A DNA stretch of 63,703 bases, filler included, from Olpidium bornovanus S191 (taxonomy: Eukaryota; Fungi; Olpidiomycota): assembly GCA_017911155.1 (NCBI GenBank). It is 27 parts of 27 records of this genome, joined end to end, with 100 filler letters (N's around TTAATTAATTAA, not from the genome) between each part and the next. Parts side by side here need not be neighbours in the genome. Positions count along the whole stretch, not along the records: positions 9,272 to 11,616 come from JAEFCI010011539.1; positions 11,717 to 15,158 come from JAEFCI010010005.1; positions 15,259 to 17,497 come from JAEFCI010006228.1; positions 17,598 to 19,096 come from JAEFCI010000161.1; positions 19,197 to 20,251 come from JAEFCI010000308.1; positions 20,352 to 21,842 come from JAEFCI010001133.1; 21 more parts are not named here. One strand, written 5' to 3'. The position numbers and the translations under genes are program-made. The notes under the pieces were generated by a model. The model was not told the DNA's origin and ran no database searches. It worked only from the letters and a program-made list of their open reading frames with translations. This document shows positions 9,884 through 21,842 of the stretch, piece by piece (positions within the stretch are counted from its first letter, which is position 1; each line of letters starts with the position of its first letter).

Positions 9884-11342
9884 TCACAGGAATATCAAGC
9901 ACTGCGCGGCCATCCGGGCGCGAAGGGTGAAAGTCGGACCGCGGTTCGGGTGACGGCGGTCTGCATCCCCGTCGTTCAAGACCACTTCTGCCTCCGACTC
10001 CTCCATGGCGAAAAGCGCCACGTTGTCGGAGTCCTGGTTGCAGACGAACAAGTACTGGCCGGTCGGGTCAAACGTAAAAAACCGGGGGGAGCGGCCGCCG
10101 GTGTGGAAAGATTTCACAAACGTCAGAGCGCCGGGGAAGCTCCGCGTCGACGTCGGGCCGTCCAGGCCGTCGACGGCGTAAACCGAGATGATGTCCGGCC
10201 CGCGAGTGGGTACCAATAGGTAGCGAGCGACCGTCGGCGGTAATCTGGACTTCGGCTGCAGTTCCGAATGACTGCCCTTTCTCCTCGCCGTCGGGGCCGA
10301 GCGGAATGGTCGAGACCACCTGCCTAACAAAGCTGGCGGGGCTCAAGTGTTCAGGCGCCGTAAAAGCGCTGCCGAAATTGGAGATCACGATTTCGCTTCT
10401 AGCGCAGAAGCGTACAACTATAACGGTGCAAGCAAGTTCGCCGACGCAGTATGCCACGTCGGGGACGTTCGGCTGCAGGATCAGGTGTCGCGGGCCCGAT
10501 CCGGCCGGAATGCTAACGAACGGGACCGCTGCGTGCGGTGACAGTTGGCCGGTCTCTCGGTCGAACGTGAACTGGGCAGACATCTCAGGTAAAAAACGGT
10601 GACGCAAGCGTTCCCGCGTCGCTGAACGGTTTCCCGGAAGAACGACCGAAGTCGAGCGCACTGGGAAGTGTCACCTGCAGGATTTTGTCGGTGCCAAGGT
10701 CGGGCACAAGGAGAGAGTTTTTCCCGGCGTCCTCGGCAGCAGCTGGTCGGACCCAGTAGGCCTGGTTTGAGTGGGACGGGACCTGCCTTTCGGTCAGAGG
10801 CCCGGCGGGCTGCCCCAGGTGGCCGGCGTGCGCTGGGGGCTTGTCCGCCAGCTCCCCGGTCGCGTGGTCGGCCTCGAACACGGAGCAGCCTCCCGCGCCG
10901 TAGTGACGGCTAGCCAGCCGCCGCAGGGTGACAGCGCGACGGAACAGGGCAGCGGCTCGCCGGACGGGACGACGCCCAACACCTCCGCCCTGGAAAGCCT
11001 GCGGTCCGCAGCCGCCGCGGGCGTGCCGGCCAAGTCCGCCCGCACCGTAAGCGCAAGCGCCGCAACGCTCGCGGAGAGATCCAATGCGGCGTACACTACG
11101 GTTTTGCGGCCCTCCTCCGCGGCGGCGCTGGAGTTCGCGCCGCGTGACGTTGTTGACTGCGGGACGGCCTGCGGCGAGGCCGAACTCCGCGCGGCCGCGG
11201 CGACCAAGAAACTCGGGTTCTTTGCGCCGGCCGGCATCGTCTCGCCGCCTGCCGACACCGCGCCAGAGCGCGTGTCCAAATGGAAGAGGTGCAGAAAGGG
11301 CGCCGTCCCGCTTATTAGTAACGGAAGCGGCGGAGCCGCCAT
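9884..11342 (-). CDS. Seven-bladed beta-propeller lactonase (Pgl/YbhE / carboxy-muconate cyclase family), apparent frameshift near 10904
   Basis: Family motifs KNPSFL, VPSGEPLPCSVAL, SHSNQ, VPDLGTDKI, GSGPRHL, AAEVQITADGR and GGRSPRFFTFDPTGQYLFVCNQDSDNV lie across several exons. The frame breaks in the (A/T)NY motif. Confidence 0.85.
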
Positions 11343-12479
11343 CGCCCAGCAGATATCCTGGTGCTTGATCGACAGGCGGAAAAGCAGAGTAGATTTAGGG
11401 CCGTCTCCCGGAAAAGAGGTGCGCTCCCTTTGTTTGGGCGCGCGCAATTCACAAAGAGGCTGCGTTTGAGAGCGAGCAGGCGGACGTGGCGTGGATCCAA
11501 CCCCGGTTCTCCACCAGAGTTTGTATTTGTGCGGGGGAAAGGTTGGGCTGCGGGTTGCGGGGGGGATTTTTTTTTTTTTTTTTTTTTTTATCAGCCTCGC
11601 GGGGCGGACACACCCCNNNNNNNNNNNNNNNNNNNNNNNNNNNNNNNNNNNNNNNNNNNNTTAATTAATTAANNNNNNNNNNNNNNNNNNNNNNNNNNNN
11701 NNNNNNNNNNNNNNNNCATGGGCGATGGCGCACGCAGTGAGGCGGGCTGTCGAAAATAAAGGGGGAGGCTGAGCAGCACGAGCACTGCGCACACCAAAAG
11801 CCCCTGTTACCCCTTTGTAGAGTTTTTAGTTTCCCGTCATATAAAACAGGCCGGGAGTAGATAGCGGCGCAACGCCCCGAATACAAAACCTCGTCCTCAT
11901 CTTCTCCTTCGGCTTCCGGGAATCAACATAAGCCCCCCCCCAGGGTTCATTCACCTTTTCGCACTTTTGCTGCGCCTCCTTTCTCCGACGCACACCTCCC
12001 CTCCTTTCCTCCCCCCGCACCCCCCCTCCGGGAACATACCCCCTCCCGCGACCTCTCTCCCGCCCTCCCAGCGGGCGCATTCTCGCAGTTCTCTCGCACG
12101 TGACGATCGCCGGGGGGTGGGGCGTAGGCGTGTTCACCGTTCGTTTTTTTTTTTTTTTTTTTTCTTCTTCCCCAGTCAGCGTGCCGGAGCCTCAGAGCGG
12201 TTCCAGGTGTGATCAGAAGAGAGAGAGATTTCACGAAACCTGGGCTCCGGCTAGCCCGGTTCCCCGGATCGGAGCGAGCGTGGGGGGGTTTGGAAACAGC
12301 GCCAAGGGTTTTTATTTTTATTTTTATTTTTATTTTTATTTTTTCTTTTCCTCCGTCTTCCGGGGGGGTGGATCCCGACGAATCAAGCGTCGCGCGCGGT
12401 CTCGGGATTTCCGCGCGCGCGCGCGTGTGTGAGTGAGTGTGTGAGTGAGTGTGTGAGTGAGTGTGTGTGTGAGTGAGTG

Positions 12480-12670
12480 AGTGTCTGAGTGTGCGAGTGT
12501 GTGTGTGTGTGGGGGGGGGGGGGGTTGAGGGAGGGGGAAAAAAAAAAAAAAAAAGAAAAGAGCGGGGAAAAGGAAAGAAGACGCCGAGAACGGGAGAGAG
12601 AGAGAGCAGAGAGAGCAGAGAGAGAGAGAGAGAGAGACGGAGAGAGAGAGAGAGAGAGAGAAGCAGAGAG
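12480..12670. repeat. (GT/GAGT)n and (GA)n microsatellites upstream of SEC12
   Basis: Direct reading. Similar (CT)n tracts lie at ~16540-16620 and ~38772-38877. Confidence 0.85.
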
Positions 12671-12794
12671 AAAGACCAGAGAGACCAGAGCAACAGAAAG
12701 AGCGGCCGCCCGCCCACGCCGCACCGGTTGGAGCAGACACCGCGCCGCGCAGGCGAAAGAAGAAACGTCACCCCCAACTCCGAAAGAAAGAGGC

Positions 12795-15056
12795 ATGGCC
12801 GACGACAACACCGTCGTCGCGGGCTTCCCCGTGTACGCCCTGGCCTTCACGAAGGGCAGGCGGCTGCTGCTCGCCGGCGGAGGAGGCGCGGGGAGGTCGG
12901 GCGTCAAAAACAAGATTGTGCGTGTGTGCCACCCGCCTTCGATCCCCCCCCCCCCATGGTCCGGGCTTGCCGGCGTCTTCCCCCCCCCCCCCCCACCCCC
13001 CCCCCCCCGCCCCCCTGACGTCCTCACTCCGTGTCAATTGGCGCGCAGGTCCTGTACAAAGTCGACGAAGACGAGTGGAAGGAGCTTGCGGAACATGCGT
13101 TCTCGAACGAGGAAGACGCGCCCATGAGTCTGGCTGTCCATCCTGAAGTGCGTTGGCCGTCGCGGGCGTCGTGGGGAACGACCGGTGTGGGAGCAGAGCT
13201 GCTCACCAGGTTTTGTGGCGCTCCCGTGGAAACGGGGGCGGGGAATTTCTGTGTTTGCGGTTGGGGGTTTGGGGTTCGTGGTGGGGATGAAACGGTCTAG
13301 GACCCGAATGTCTTCGTTTGCGGAGCAAACAGTCTGGAAAGCGAGGTGGAGAAGGGCGAAAACAAGAACCTCCGGATATTTAAGATCAACGACGAAAAGT
13401 GTGTGACGTCCAGGGGGCGGCAGGTTCTGCCGTCCCGCATATTTATAAAGCAGCCGGCGCCGCCTCCATGGAGATCGCACGCGTGGGTCGGAGCGCGCGG
13501 CACGACGGTAGACTGAAGTACGAAATTGCGATGTACTCCAGGCTCTCCCAGTCCGACGCCGTCAAGACGATATCCAGCAAGACAGCGGACGACTATCAGG
13601 TACGGGTTTGCGGCTGCAAATGGTCCGGATAGTCCCCCGTGGCGGTGGATGTCTTGACGATCAGCACCAAAGTTCGATAACCCTCGTGAGCGTCAAACAG
13701 AAAGCTGTGGCCTTCTCACCTAACGGGAAGCTGATCGCAACGGGGAGTTCAAACGGGGAGGTGCGGTCAGCTCGGATGCGTGTGCTTTATGCCGAGGATC
13801 GCACTTTCCATTGTCCCGACGCAGCTGACAATGGTCGCTTTTCTAGTTGGCAGTCCTTAAATACCCTTCGCTGAAGAACGCCTTCCCGACCTCGAAGTTT
13901 GGCGAGGAAGAGATCTATGATTTGGATTTCAGTCCAGACAGCGACCGCGTAGGTGGACCCGGGGTGGTTTTCTTCCGGGCTCCGACGACGAATGAGGCGC
14001 TCTAAGCGTGCTAAAGGACTCTTTTGTCACGCCTCTATTGATGTGCGTAGATAGCCGTCCTCTCGGACTCGAGCGTAAGGATCCTGCTGGTTGACGGAGG
14101 AAACGAATTCCAAGCAATCCAGAAACCGACCCTGAACAAGAGGATCGAATGCAAGTTCCGCTGCCTAAGGTGCGCCGCCTCTCCGACGGGCTTCCTGGCG
14201 GTGCCTCATGACCAAGCGGCTTGATACCGCTTTCCGCGCCCGCGTTCTGTCGATCGAGCAGATACGGCAGAGGGGAAAGTGAGCGATATCTCATGACGGT
14301 GGTCAACGCAGCGGACCGCAGGAGGGGGTTTATTTGCAAGTGGGACACGGCGACCTGGACTCTCGCCGCCAAGGCGGCCGTGTCGAAGAGAGCAATCACC
14401 GCGCTTTGCGTCAGCTCCAACGGCCAACTCCTCGGCTTCGGGTCCCAGGATTTGAGCGTAGGCGTCGTCGACGCGGCCACGCTGCGGGTAAGCCTTGTTT
14501 ATGCGGCCGCCCCGCCCGGCCAGAAGTTGGCACCTGTTTTCTCACACCGCGCTTCCCGCCTTGTTGTGCATCCCGTCTTCCTCTCCGAGCCCAGCTGCTG
14601 AAAACGTATCAAGAAGTCCACGGCCTGCCTCCGACGGTCGTCAGCTTCGACGAGGAAGCCCAGAACCTGGTGTCCGCTTCGGCTGATACCACGTTCCGCA
14701 TGACGGAGCTCCCGGAGAAGTACCCCTCAGGTTCGCGGATGCTTTCAGTCGGGTGGCCGTTTTTTATTTTTAGCACCAGGCGCAAAGCCGCGGCAAAGCG
14801 ACTATCCGATTTTTTCCGGGCCCTCACACCCCGGCCCCCCTTCCGCCGCAACCCAGGTTTATTCACCGCCCTGCCCTCCGTCAACTACCTCATTCTCGTT
14901 GTGCTAGCGCTCCTGGTTCTCGGTCTGGGCGTGCACATCGAACATGAGGTCTCGAACGGCGCGACCCTGATTGACGTCGTGTCGTCCATCGCAGCCAAGT
15001 TTGAGGGCATCGGGAACGTCACCACCAGACCTTGGATCATGTCGGACGAGTTATAA
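12795..15056 (+). CDS. SEC12: Sec12/PREB, Sar1 guanine-nucleotide exchange factor (WD propeller, C-terminal TM), multi-exon, apparently complete
   Basis: N-terminal GFPVYAL...LLAGGGGAGRSGVKNKI (K-loop motif), EEDAPMSLAVHP, YQKAVAFSPNGKLIATG, IYDLDFSPD and ITALCVSSNGQLLGFGSQDLSV. TM YLILVVLALLVLGLGV. Ends in SDEL. Confidence 0.9.
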
Positions 15057-15258
15057 AAAAAAAGAAAGATTCGTTTTTTTCCAATTTTGATTCCTGCTGT
15101 ACGATTTAACTGTACATTTGTAGAATAGCCGAAACTGCATATCACGCAAAAAAAACAANNNNNNNNNNNNNNNNNNNNNNNNNNNNNNNNNNNNNNNNNN
15201 NNTTAATTAATTAANNNNNNNNNNNNNNNNNNNNNNNNNNNNNNNNNNNNNNNNNNNN

Positions 15259-16509
15259 CATGGCCTTCTGTTCGATTGTGTAGTTGATGCGGTTGGGGAT
15301 CTCGATCCGGGATCTCATCCAATCACACTCCTGCTTGTCTGGGATGTGGCAGTATTCAGTGCCGATCGAACCGCCTGTTCCCGTTCCGCGGGCAAACTGG
15401 TCAGAACGGAGCGGGAGGCGCTCGTTGAACAGGAAAAAACCAGACAAGAGGACAAAATACAGTAGATGTCTCGCAGGTTGCGCAGAATCTCCTGTAGTGT
15501 CATTTTGGTCACTCCCATCTCGGTGAAGCCGGGCAGCATCCCTGGGCCTAGGGTGAACTCCCGGCTTAGGTCCTTCTCGGTAAAGCCGTAGTGTTCCACT
15601 GTGAGCTCCGCAGGCAGGCCCGCCGGGACGTTGATCCCAAGAGGGTCCAAATTGGCGAGGTGATGACCTCGGACCTGGTAGGCCCTCACGAGGAGAGCCA
15701 CCTTGAGGTGACCGAGAACGTCTTCCGACGGCACCGCGCCGTCGTGCACGGCGTGGGGCGCGAAGCCTGGAGTCACCGCTCCGGGAACTAGGGTCGGTGG
15801 GGCCTAAACTTGGCGTAACGGAAGGTGGGGGGAACAGCGAGAGTGAGAACTGCGTCCCGCGCTCATCAGACGAAAAGCGAGGTCGGCGAAGCGGGAGAGC
15901 GTAACGGTGTCCCGCACGCACACGCGCACGCACACCATCTCGCTCTTACTCTCCTTCTGTCTCTCCCTCTTCTCCTCTGCCAATCACTCTCGCTCTCGCT
16001 CTTACTCTCACTCTCCCACTCTCCCAATCTCTCACTCTCTCACTCTCTCTCCCTCTCTCTCTGCTTCTCCCCTCTCCCTCTTCCTCTCTCGCACTCACCT
16101 GGTAAGCCTGCTGCGGGCTGGCCCCTTTCTTGAGGTTGCTAAAGTACGCTCGCCAGGAGACGTGCACGGATGACGGGTCTTCCAGCCAGGCGCGGTGCAT
16201 CTCCTCGATGTACGTGCTGTTCGTTCCCTGCAGGAAGGTTGTATCGAGCGAGGAGAGCGATCCGGCACACCGCCGAGGCGCCGAAAAGCCGGGCGAGACG
16301 ACGGCCGGTAGCGGTGCGGCGCCGGGGTAAGGCCGGCGGGGGGCAGCGCGGCGAAGAGGGGCGGCTGCTGCGGCGGCCGTGGTGCGCAGGCGGGCGAAAC
16401 GCTGGGTGAACAACGAACGCGGCGCGGCGGCGGCGGCGGCGGCGGCTACGGCGGGCGGGAAGCGCACGCGCGGGCGGCCGCCCGCGTGTGCAGCGCGAAA
16501 CCAGATCAT
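15259..16509 (-). CDS. KGD1: 2-oxoglutarate dehydrogenase E1, mitochondrial precursor, 5' part
   Basis: Arg/Ala-rich presequence, then TFLQGTNSTYIEEMHRAWLEDPSSVHVSWRAYF, LKVALLVRAYQVRGHHLANLDPL and YC|GSIGTEYCHI. Truncated at the spacer. Confidence 0.96.
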
Positions 16510-16544
16510 GACAACGACGGGGAGAATTCTCCTGGCTCCGTCTT

Positions 16545-16609
<65 letters not shown>

Positions 16610-16731
16610 GTCTCTCTTTGCGCAGCGGCGTTCGCCGGAAGGCGTTTTCTTTTTTTCGTTTTTTTTTTTTCGCAGTGCCTGCCTGACCCCGGCCGCGCCC
16701 GCGCCCGCAACCAGAAAAAAAGAAAAAAAGG

Positions 16732-16775
<44 letters not shown>

Positions 16776-17004
16776 ATTTTGGGGCCAGCTTACACACCCC
16801 CCCCCACACCCTCCCCCCACAAACCGGGGTAAAGGACGGCCCAGGAATCAAACGCGGAGACGAACAACAACACGAGGGAGAAAGGCCGGAAACTGCGCTG
16901 CTTCTTTTTCTCTTTTCCGCAGGCCCCGAGAACGTCCTTTTACACAGCCGATTCCCCCCGACATCACTCGGCATCATTAAGCATATGTCACCTGATGTCA
17001 CTAT

Positions 17005-17240
17005 GCGATGTCATCCGACACGGCGGGAGGTCGATATCGCGCTGTATCGCGTCGGGACACAACGCGTGCAGCAATGTCGCACAATGTCACGACGCGATGT
17101 CATCCAACACGTTGGGAGGTTGATATCGCGTTGTGTCGTGTCGGGACACACCGCACGCAGCGATGTCGCACAATGTCACAACGCGAGGTGGTACGACATG
17201 ATGGGAGGTTGATATCGCGTGGTGTCACATCAGGACGCAA
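17005..17240 (+). repeat. Imperfect 89-bp tandem repeat (~2.6 copies)
   Basis: Units start at 17005, 17094 and 17183 (GCGATGTCATCC.ACAC...GGGAGGT.GATATCGCG...GTCGGGACAC...ATGTCGCACAATGTCAC). Confidence 0.85.
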
Positions 17241-17597
17241 AGTGTGCAAATATGTCGCAAGATGTCATGACGTGATGAGATCCGACACGGGGAAGAGCGA
17301 TATTGCAAGGCATTGCGAATGCCGTTGCTTCATGCCCCAAAGTCATGTTATGCTGCTCATCTGCACCACATCCACCACATGCACAGCCACAATGTCTATT
17401 GTCATCAAAACTATCATCCCTGCCCCCACGTCGTTGTTTCATTGTCGTTCCATTGTCCCTCCCTAACTAGTACATTCTTGGTCTCATTCGGAGGTCCNNN
17501 NNNNNNNNNNNNNNNNNNNNNNNNNNNNNNNNNNNNNNNNNTTAATTAATTAANNNNNNNNNNNNNNNNNNNNNNNNNNNNNNNNNNNNNNNNNNNN

Positions 17598-17851
17598 CGG
17601 TCCCGACACCTCTGATGATCGACAACAACGGCGCCTTATCAATCATCAACTCAGGAACCTTGAATCGCCGCTCCCGTCATACGGAGATCAAGACTCTGTT
17701 GGTCCGCGATTCGTGTGCCCGTGGGAACATCGTCCCTATGCGCGTGGATTCGGCCGTCAACACGGCCGACGCCCTCACGAGGCGGCTTCCGGTTGCCCGT
17801 TACCAAGAGACCGTGGCCGAAATGGGACTTGTCTCCATTCGTCGCCCTTGA
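17598..17851 (+). mobile_element. Ty1/copia pol RNase H C-terminus
   Basis: IDNNGALSII...RRSRHTEIKTLLVRD...NTADALTRRL...MGL matches the copia RNase H consensus DN..A / R.KHI / N.AD.LTK.L. A purine tract AAAGGGGGGGG at 18101-18111 may be the PPT. Confidence 0.85.
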
Positions 17852-18261
17852 GAAGGTTTCCTCACCCGTTTACCTTGTGTTTTGCCTTGAGAAAAGGCAT
17901 TCTCTCCTTATTCCGTCGGACGTTGACGACGACGTTGTTTTTATCCTCTCTCTTTTATTCTCTATTTTTTTTTCTTCATCATTTTCATCATCCGTCGCTC
18001 CCTGATGCTCTTTCGCACTCTGAGAAGGTTTTTCCCCCTTTATTTCATATGTCTTTTCCTTCCTCATCCGCGAGAGCTCGTCCTGCACCGACCGCCTCTC
18101 AAAGGGGGGGGTTGACGGACTTTTCTGTGTTGGTCACGTGACTCTGATTTCGGGTGACCCCAGCCAAAAAGGGCTTCTCAAAACGCCTTTCCATAGTCGC
18201 TCTACCATACACAATAAAAGAAAACAAAATCAGACCGTACACCGCTGTCCTCAGAGCCGCT

Positions 18262-18550
18262 CAGCTCAGACCCAGGTGGTTCAGAGAGCTAGACAAGCTC
18301 TGGGGACCACACACGGTCGACCTTTTCTCAGGACCGCACAATGGGCAGGGCCGCCGGCGTTACAGTATAACGCCGGGTGATACAGAGGCACGGGGGCAAG
18401 ATGCCTTTCACCATCCATGACACAAAGAGAATGCCTGGGCCAATCCGCCCTTTGAAGACCAAGTCTTCTGGAGACTTTTAGATAAAGTCTTACTGGAGCA
18501 GGTCACCATGACAGTTTTGGTACCGCTGTCGGTGCCCAAAATGGCCTTTG
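18262..18550 (+). mobile_element. DIRS-type retrotransposon N6-adenine methyltransferase-like domain, degenerate
   Basis: QLRPRWFRELDKLWGPHTVDLFSGPHN...RYS...DAFHHP*HKENAWANPPF...LLDKVLLEQVTMTVLVP. The WGP..DLF, DAF..W and PPF pattern is typical of the DIRS MT domain. In-frame TGA at 18418-18420. Confidence 0.75.
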
Positions 18551-19196
18551 GCAGACATCGACCCCGGCTTCGATTGTTCTAGCTCCAAACCCGTTTTCTC
18601 TCAATTTCCCTTCGGTTTTGTCCCTTTTGCATCATTTTGCCCTTTGCACTTTTGCTCGTTTTGCAGTATTTCGCTCGCTTGCGCCCGTCGTTTACTTTTG
18701 CCCGCCGGGGTCACGTGCGGCGACGCCGTCCACTTGCTCAAAGTGTTTTGGTTTTGCTACCCCCTTTTCCTTTTTCTGCCCGACGCAAAAAAAAAACCCT
18801 CGACGTCGAACGCAACGAAAACCACCCCCTCCCAAAAAGACAAACTCTACCATAACCGATCCGTCCGCTTCGAAATAAACAAAGCCGTCGGGCTTGTTCG
18901 GGTGTCGTATTCCCCTTCGGTCCCGTTCAAGGGGAGGTGTCGGCCGCCGCTACGGGTCAAGCAGCGTCGGCTGCCCTCTGCTTTTCGTTTTCTCCTCTTT
19001 TCGCGCAGCGCCGGCTGCGGAGAAGTTCGAGGCCGCGTCGTAGAGCTATCGACGTCGGTCGGAGTGCGACACGCAAGCCCGCCTATCAACCGGATCNNNN
19101 NNNNNNNNNNNNNNNNNNNNNNNNNNNNNNNNNNNNNNNNTTAATTAATTAANNNNNNNNNNNNNNNNNNNNNNNNNNNNNNNNNNNNNNNNNNNN

Positions 19197-20030
19197 CATG
19201 CTCACCTTTAGTACCTTCTCTTGGCGTATGCATCCGTTGAAAACTTCGGTGATGAACGTCCGACTGGTCTCATCCGTAACCTTGGCGGGAATAAGTGCGG
19301 GAGGGATAAGGGAGGGGAATCAATTGATGCGGAGCCCCGGGATATGTCGGGTCGATGTCAGAAACAGGGGTTTCAGGCGGAGGTCTAGCAAACCTCGGTG
19401 CGTTTTGTCAGATGGAGAATTTTTTTTTCTTTTCTTCCCCCTTGGCCCCGCGTGTTTTTCCCGCGAGCGCACCTCGTGGCGGTTCAGGAACGACGTAAGC
19501 ATTTCTTCCTCGCTGCGGAACTGGACCTTGCAGTGCGGGTCCGTCACGCGCTCCTGCAGCACCCGAGAGTCCTGCTCCTCTTTGTCGCATTCCTCCGGCC
19601 GGCGGTCGGGGCCGCCGCCGCGGCGGTTGCGCCTCCGGCCGAACCGTTTCTCGATCGCGAAGAAGGTCAGGGGACTCGCGACGTCGGAGGGAGTCTCGAA
19701 CTCGGGGTGCTCGCTCAGCAGCGCCGCGGACTGCAGGAGGAGTTCCCGGCAGCTTCTCATGACAAAGCGGGGTTGCACGGAGAAGTCGGGCGGAGAGAAA
19801 ACGGGGGGAGTGGGATGTGGGGGGAGGAAGGGGAGGGGGAGGTTGTCGTGTTTGGGGGGGGGGCGGGAAACGCGAGATGACGATTTTGAAGGCGGGGGAA
19901 AGGCGCCCCGAGTGAGGGTCGGGCGGGGGGGGGGAAAGAGGGAAGTGGCCGAATTTCCCGGACAGGCCCGAAAGTCCAAAAGCTGCCCCAGACTCCACAT
20001 CGCCGCGTGTGCCAGACAACGAATTTGCGT
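19197..20030 (-). CDS. Hypothetical spliced protein fragment (unassigned)
   Basis: Protein-like blocks (AHTQIRCLAHAAMWSLGQLLDF; RFVMRSCRELLLQSAALLSEHPEFETPSDVASPLTFFAIEKRF; RTFITEVFNGCIRQEK) alternate with pyrimidine-rich intron-like spacers. Confidence 0.4.
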
Positions 20031-21035
20031 ATGTGCCCTAGGCGGATAGAATCCACCCCGTCCAATCCAATGCACGTCATCGCCCAGGCCCAGCATCGAA
20101 CACACGTACCCGCACGGCCAGTTTGAGGGCTTTAAGATAGCGTGATCCCGCTTTTGAAAACATCGCGTAAGTTGCCGATTTTATGATACCAATTTACGAC
20201 ACCCGCGGATATGCCCACAGAGTCAGGGAAAACAGCGATGCGCATTCATGCNNNNNNNNNNNNNNNNNNNNNNNNNNNNNNNNNNNNNNNNNNNNTTAAT
20301 TAATTAANNNNNNNNNNNNNNNNNNNNNNNNNNNNNNNNNNNNNNNNNNNNCATGACCCGGGACGCTACTATTGGACCGCCAGATCGACGGGTGAGAATC
20401 GAAATCCCTAACAAACAAAAAAAATGGGGAGGTGTTGAAACAAGGGGGACGGTGCCCGCGTGGCTCCTGCGGGAATCCTCCGTTCTCCCACTTTCCTCCC
20501 CCTGTAAACTCGCAACGCCGCTAAGGTATGAATAGGCCTGTATTCCGTAGAGATTCTACTGCGACCATATCTATACCTATCCTACCACTTTCCAAACAAA
20601 TCCAGTGTCAAGGCCTACCGGGTTCTGATTTTTCCCTTTGAACACCGACGGCGGCGACGATGACAGCACTGCCGCCGTCACCACTTACCCACGTACCCTC
20701 CGTCATTTCGGACCTATCCCATCCCCAGTGTCCTGCTGGACAGCGTTCGAACCACTTAGCGAGCGTTCTTCACGCTCAACGACCTTTGACGTCATCTCCG
20801 GACGCCTACTGGAGCTCCGCGCATCCCCGTCTGGAGTTCTTCCGGCTAACCACCGGCTCCATCGACTCACGGCGGCCCCCCCGGGAGTCTCGCTGCAGCC
20901 GCGAGGCTTCCCCCCGAGTCCGTCGCGTTCCACTCCCGCCGAAGCCGCGAGGCCTCCCCACGAGTCCGTCGCGTTCCACTTCCGCCGAAGCCGCGAGCCC
21001 TTAACCCTCCCCTGCGCGTCGAGCGGAACGACCCC

Positions 21036-21842
21036 ATGCCGCCGTCGCCGCCGACGTCCGGCAACCAGGGTGACCCGGCGAGTCTCCCGGCGTTGGAGGA
21101 CAACCTTGGCCTTGTCACGGACCAGCAACAGGCCATCTGCGAGCTTCAAGAAGCCATCGCCCTCCAGGCGCGACAGGTGGCGGCCACCCGCCGCCTTGTC
21201 CGCGAGGGCGTCAACGAAGACGCAAACGCCATGTACAACACTGCATGTGCCGGCCTGCGCGCGCTTGAAAGCGACCTTGTTCGCGCAAAAGACCTGGAAA
21301 AGTATGTCCGCAGCCAACAACCGGCAGACGCCGACACCCAGTTGGCACGCACCCCAGAGGTTCTGATCCTGAGGTGACGCATGCGAATAACCGTGTCCCC
21401 CGGGACATGCCGCGGTTCAATTACCAGGCGGATGACCTCTGTGTGTTTTATGATTGCTTCAAGGTCACACTGGCTGCCAAATGCCCTGGACTTCGACCAT
21501 CATTGGCGGCGCCTCCTACCGCTGTGTCTGGGACCACTCCTCGCCGACTGGATCCGCCGAGAGGTCCCCGATCGCCTCACGTGGCACCTTGCCAAGAACG
21601 CCATTGCCCGCAATCTCATCCACCTGTCCGCTCAGCAGGCCCGCCTGCGTGAACTTCTTGAGATGAAGTTCAAAGAGAAGGACCGGGCTGTGTTGACAGC
21701 ACCGCCGAATGCGATACGTTTCTGTTCACGCTACCTCCCGCTCTACAAACTCGTATATACGACTACCGTCAGGCCCGGGCACCCCCCGGTCAGCCTTTGC
21801 TTCAATACAACTTCCTTGCCGACGTTGTCCGCAACGTCATGA
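21036..21842 (+). mobile_element. Degenerate LTR-retrotransposon gag (Ty3/gypsy-like)
   Basis: Coiled-coil segment, then DMPRFNYQADDLCVFYDCFKVTL and (frameshifted) WRRLLPLCLGPLLADWI...TWHLAKNAI, a capsid-like P.F...F..F / W....W pattern. Stop and frameshift present. Confidence 0.5.

Noticed and set aside
20586-20600. 15-nt identity (CACTTTCCAAACAAA) with the LTR-like segment at 41042-41056
   Set aside because: A few 15-mer matches are expected by chance in a window this size, and the flanks do not align.
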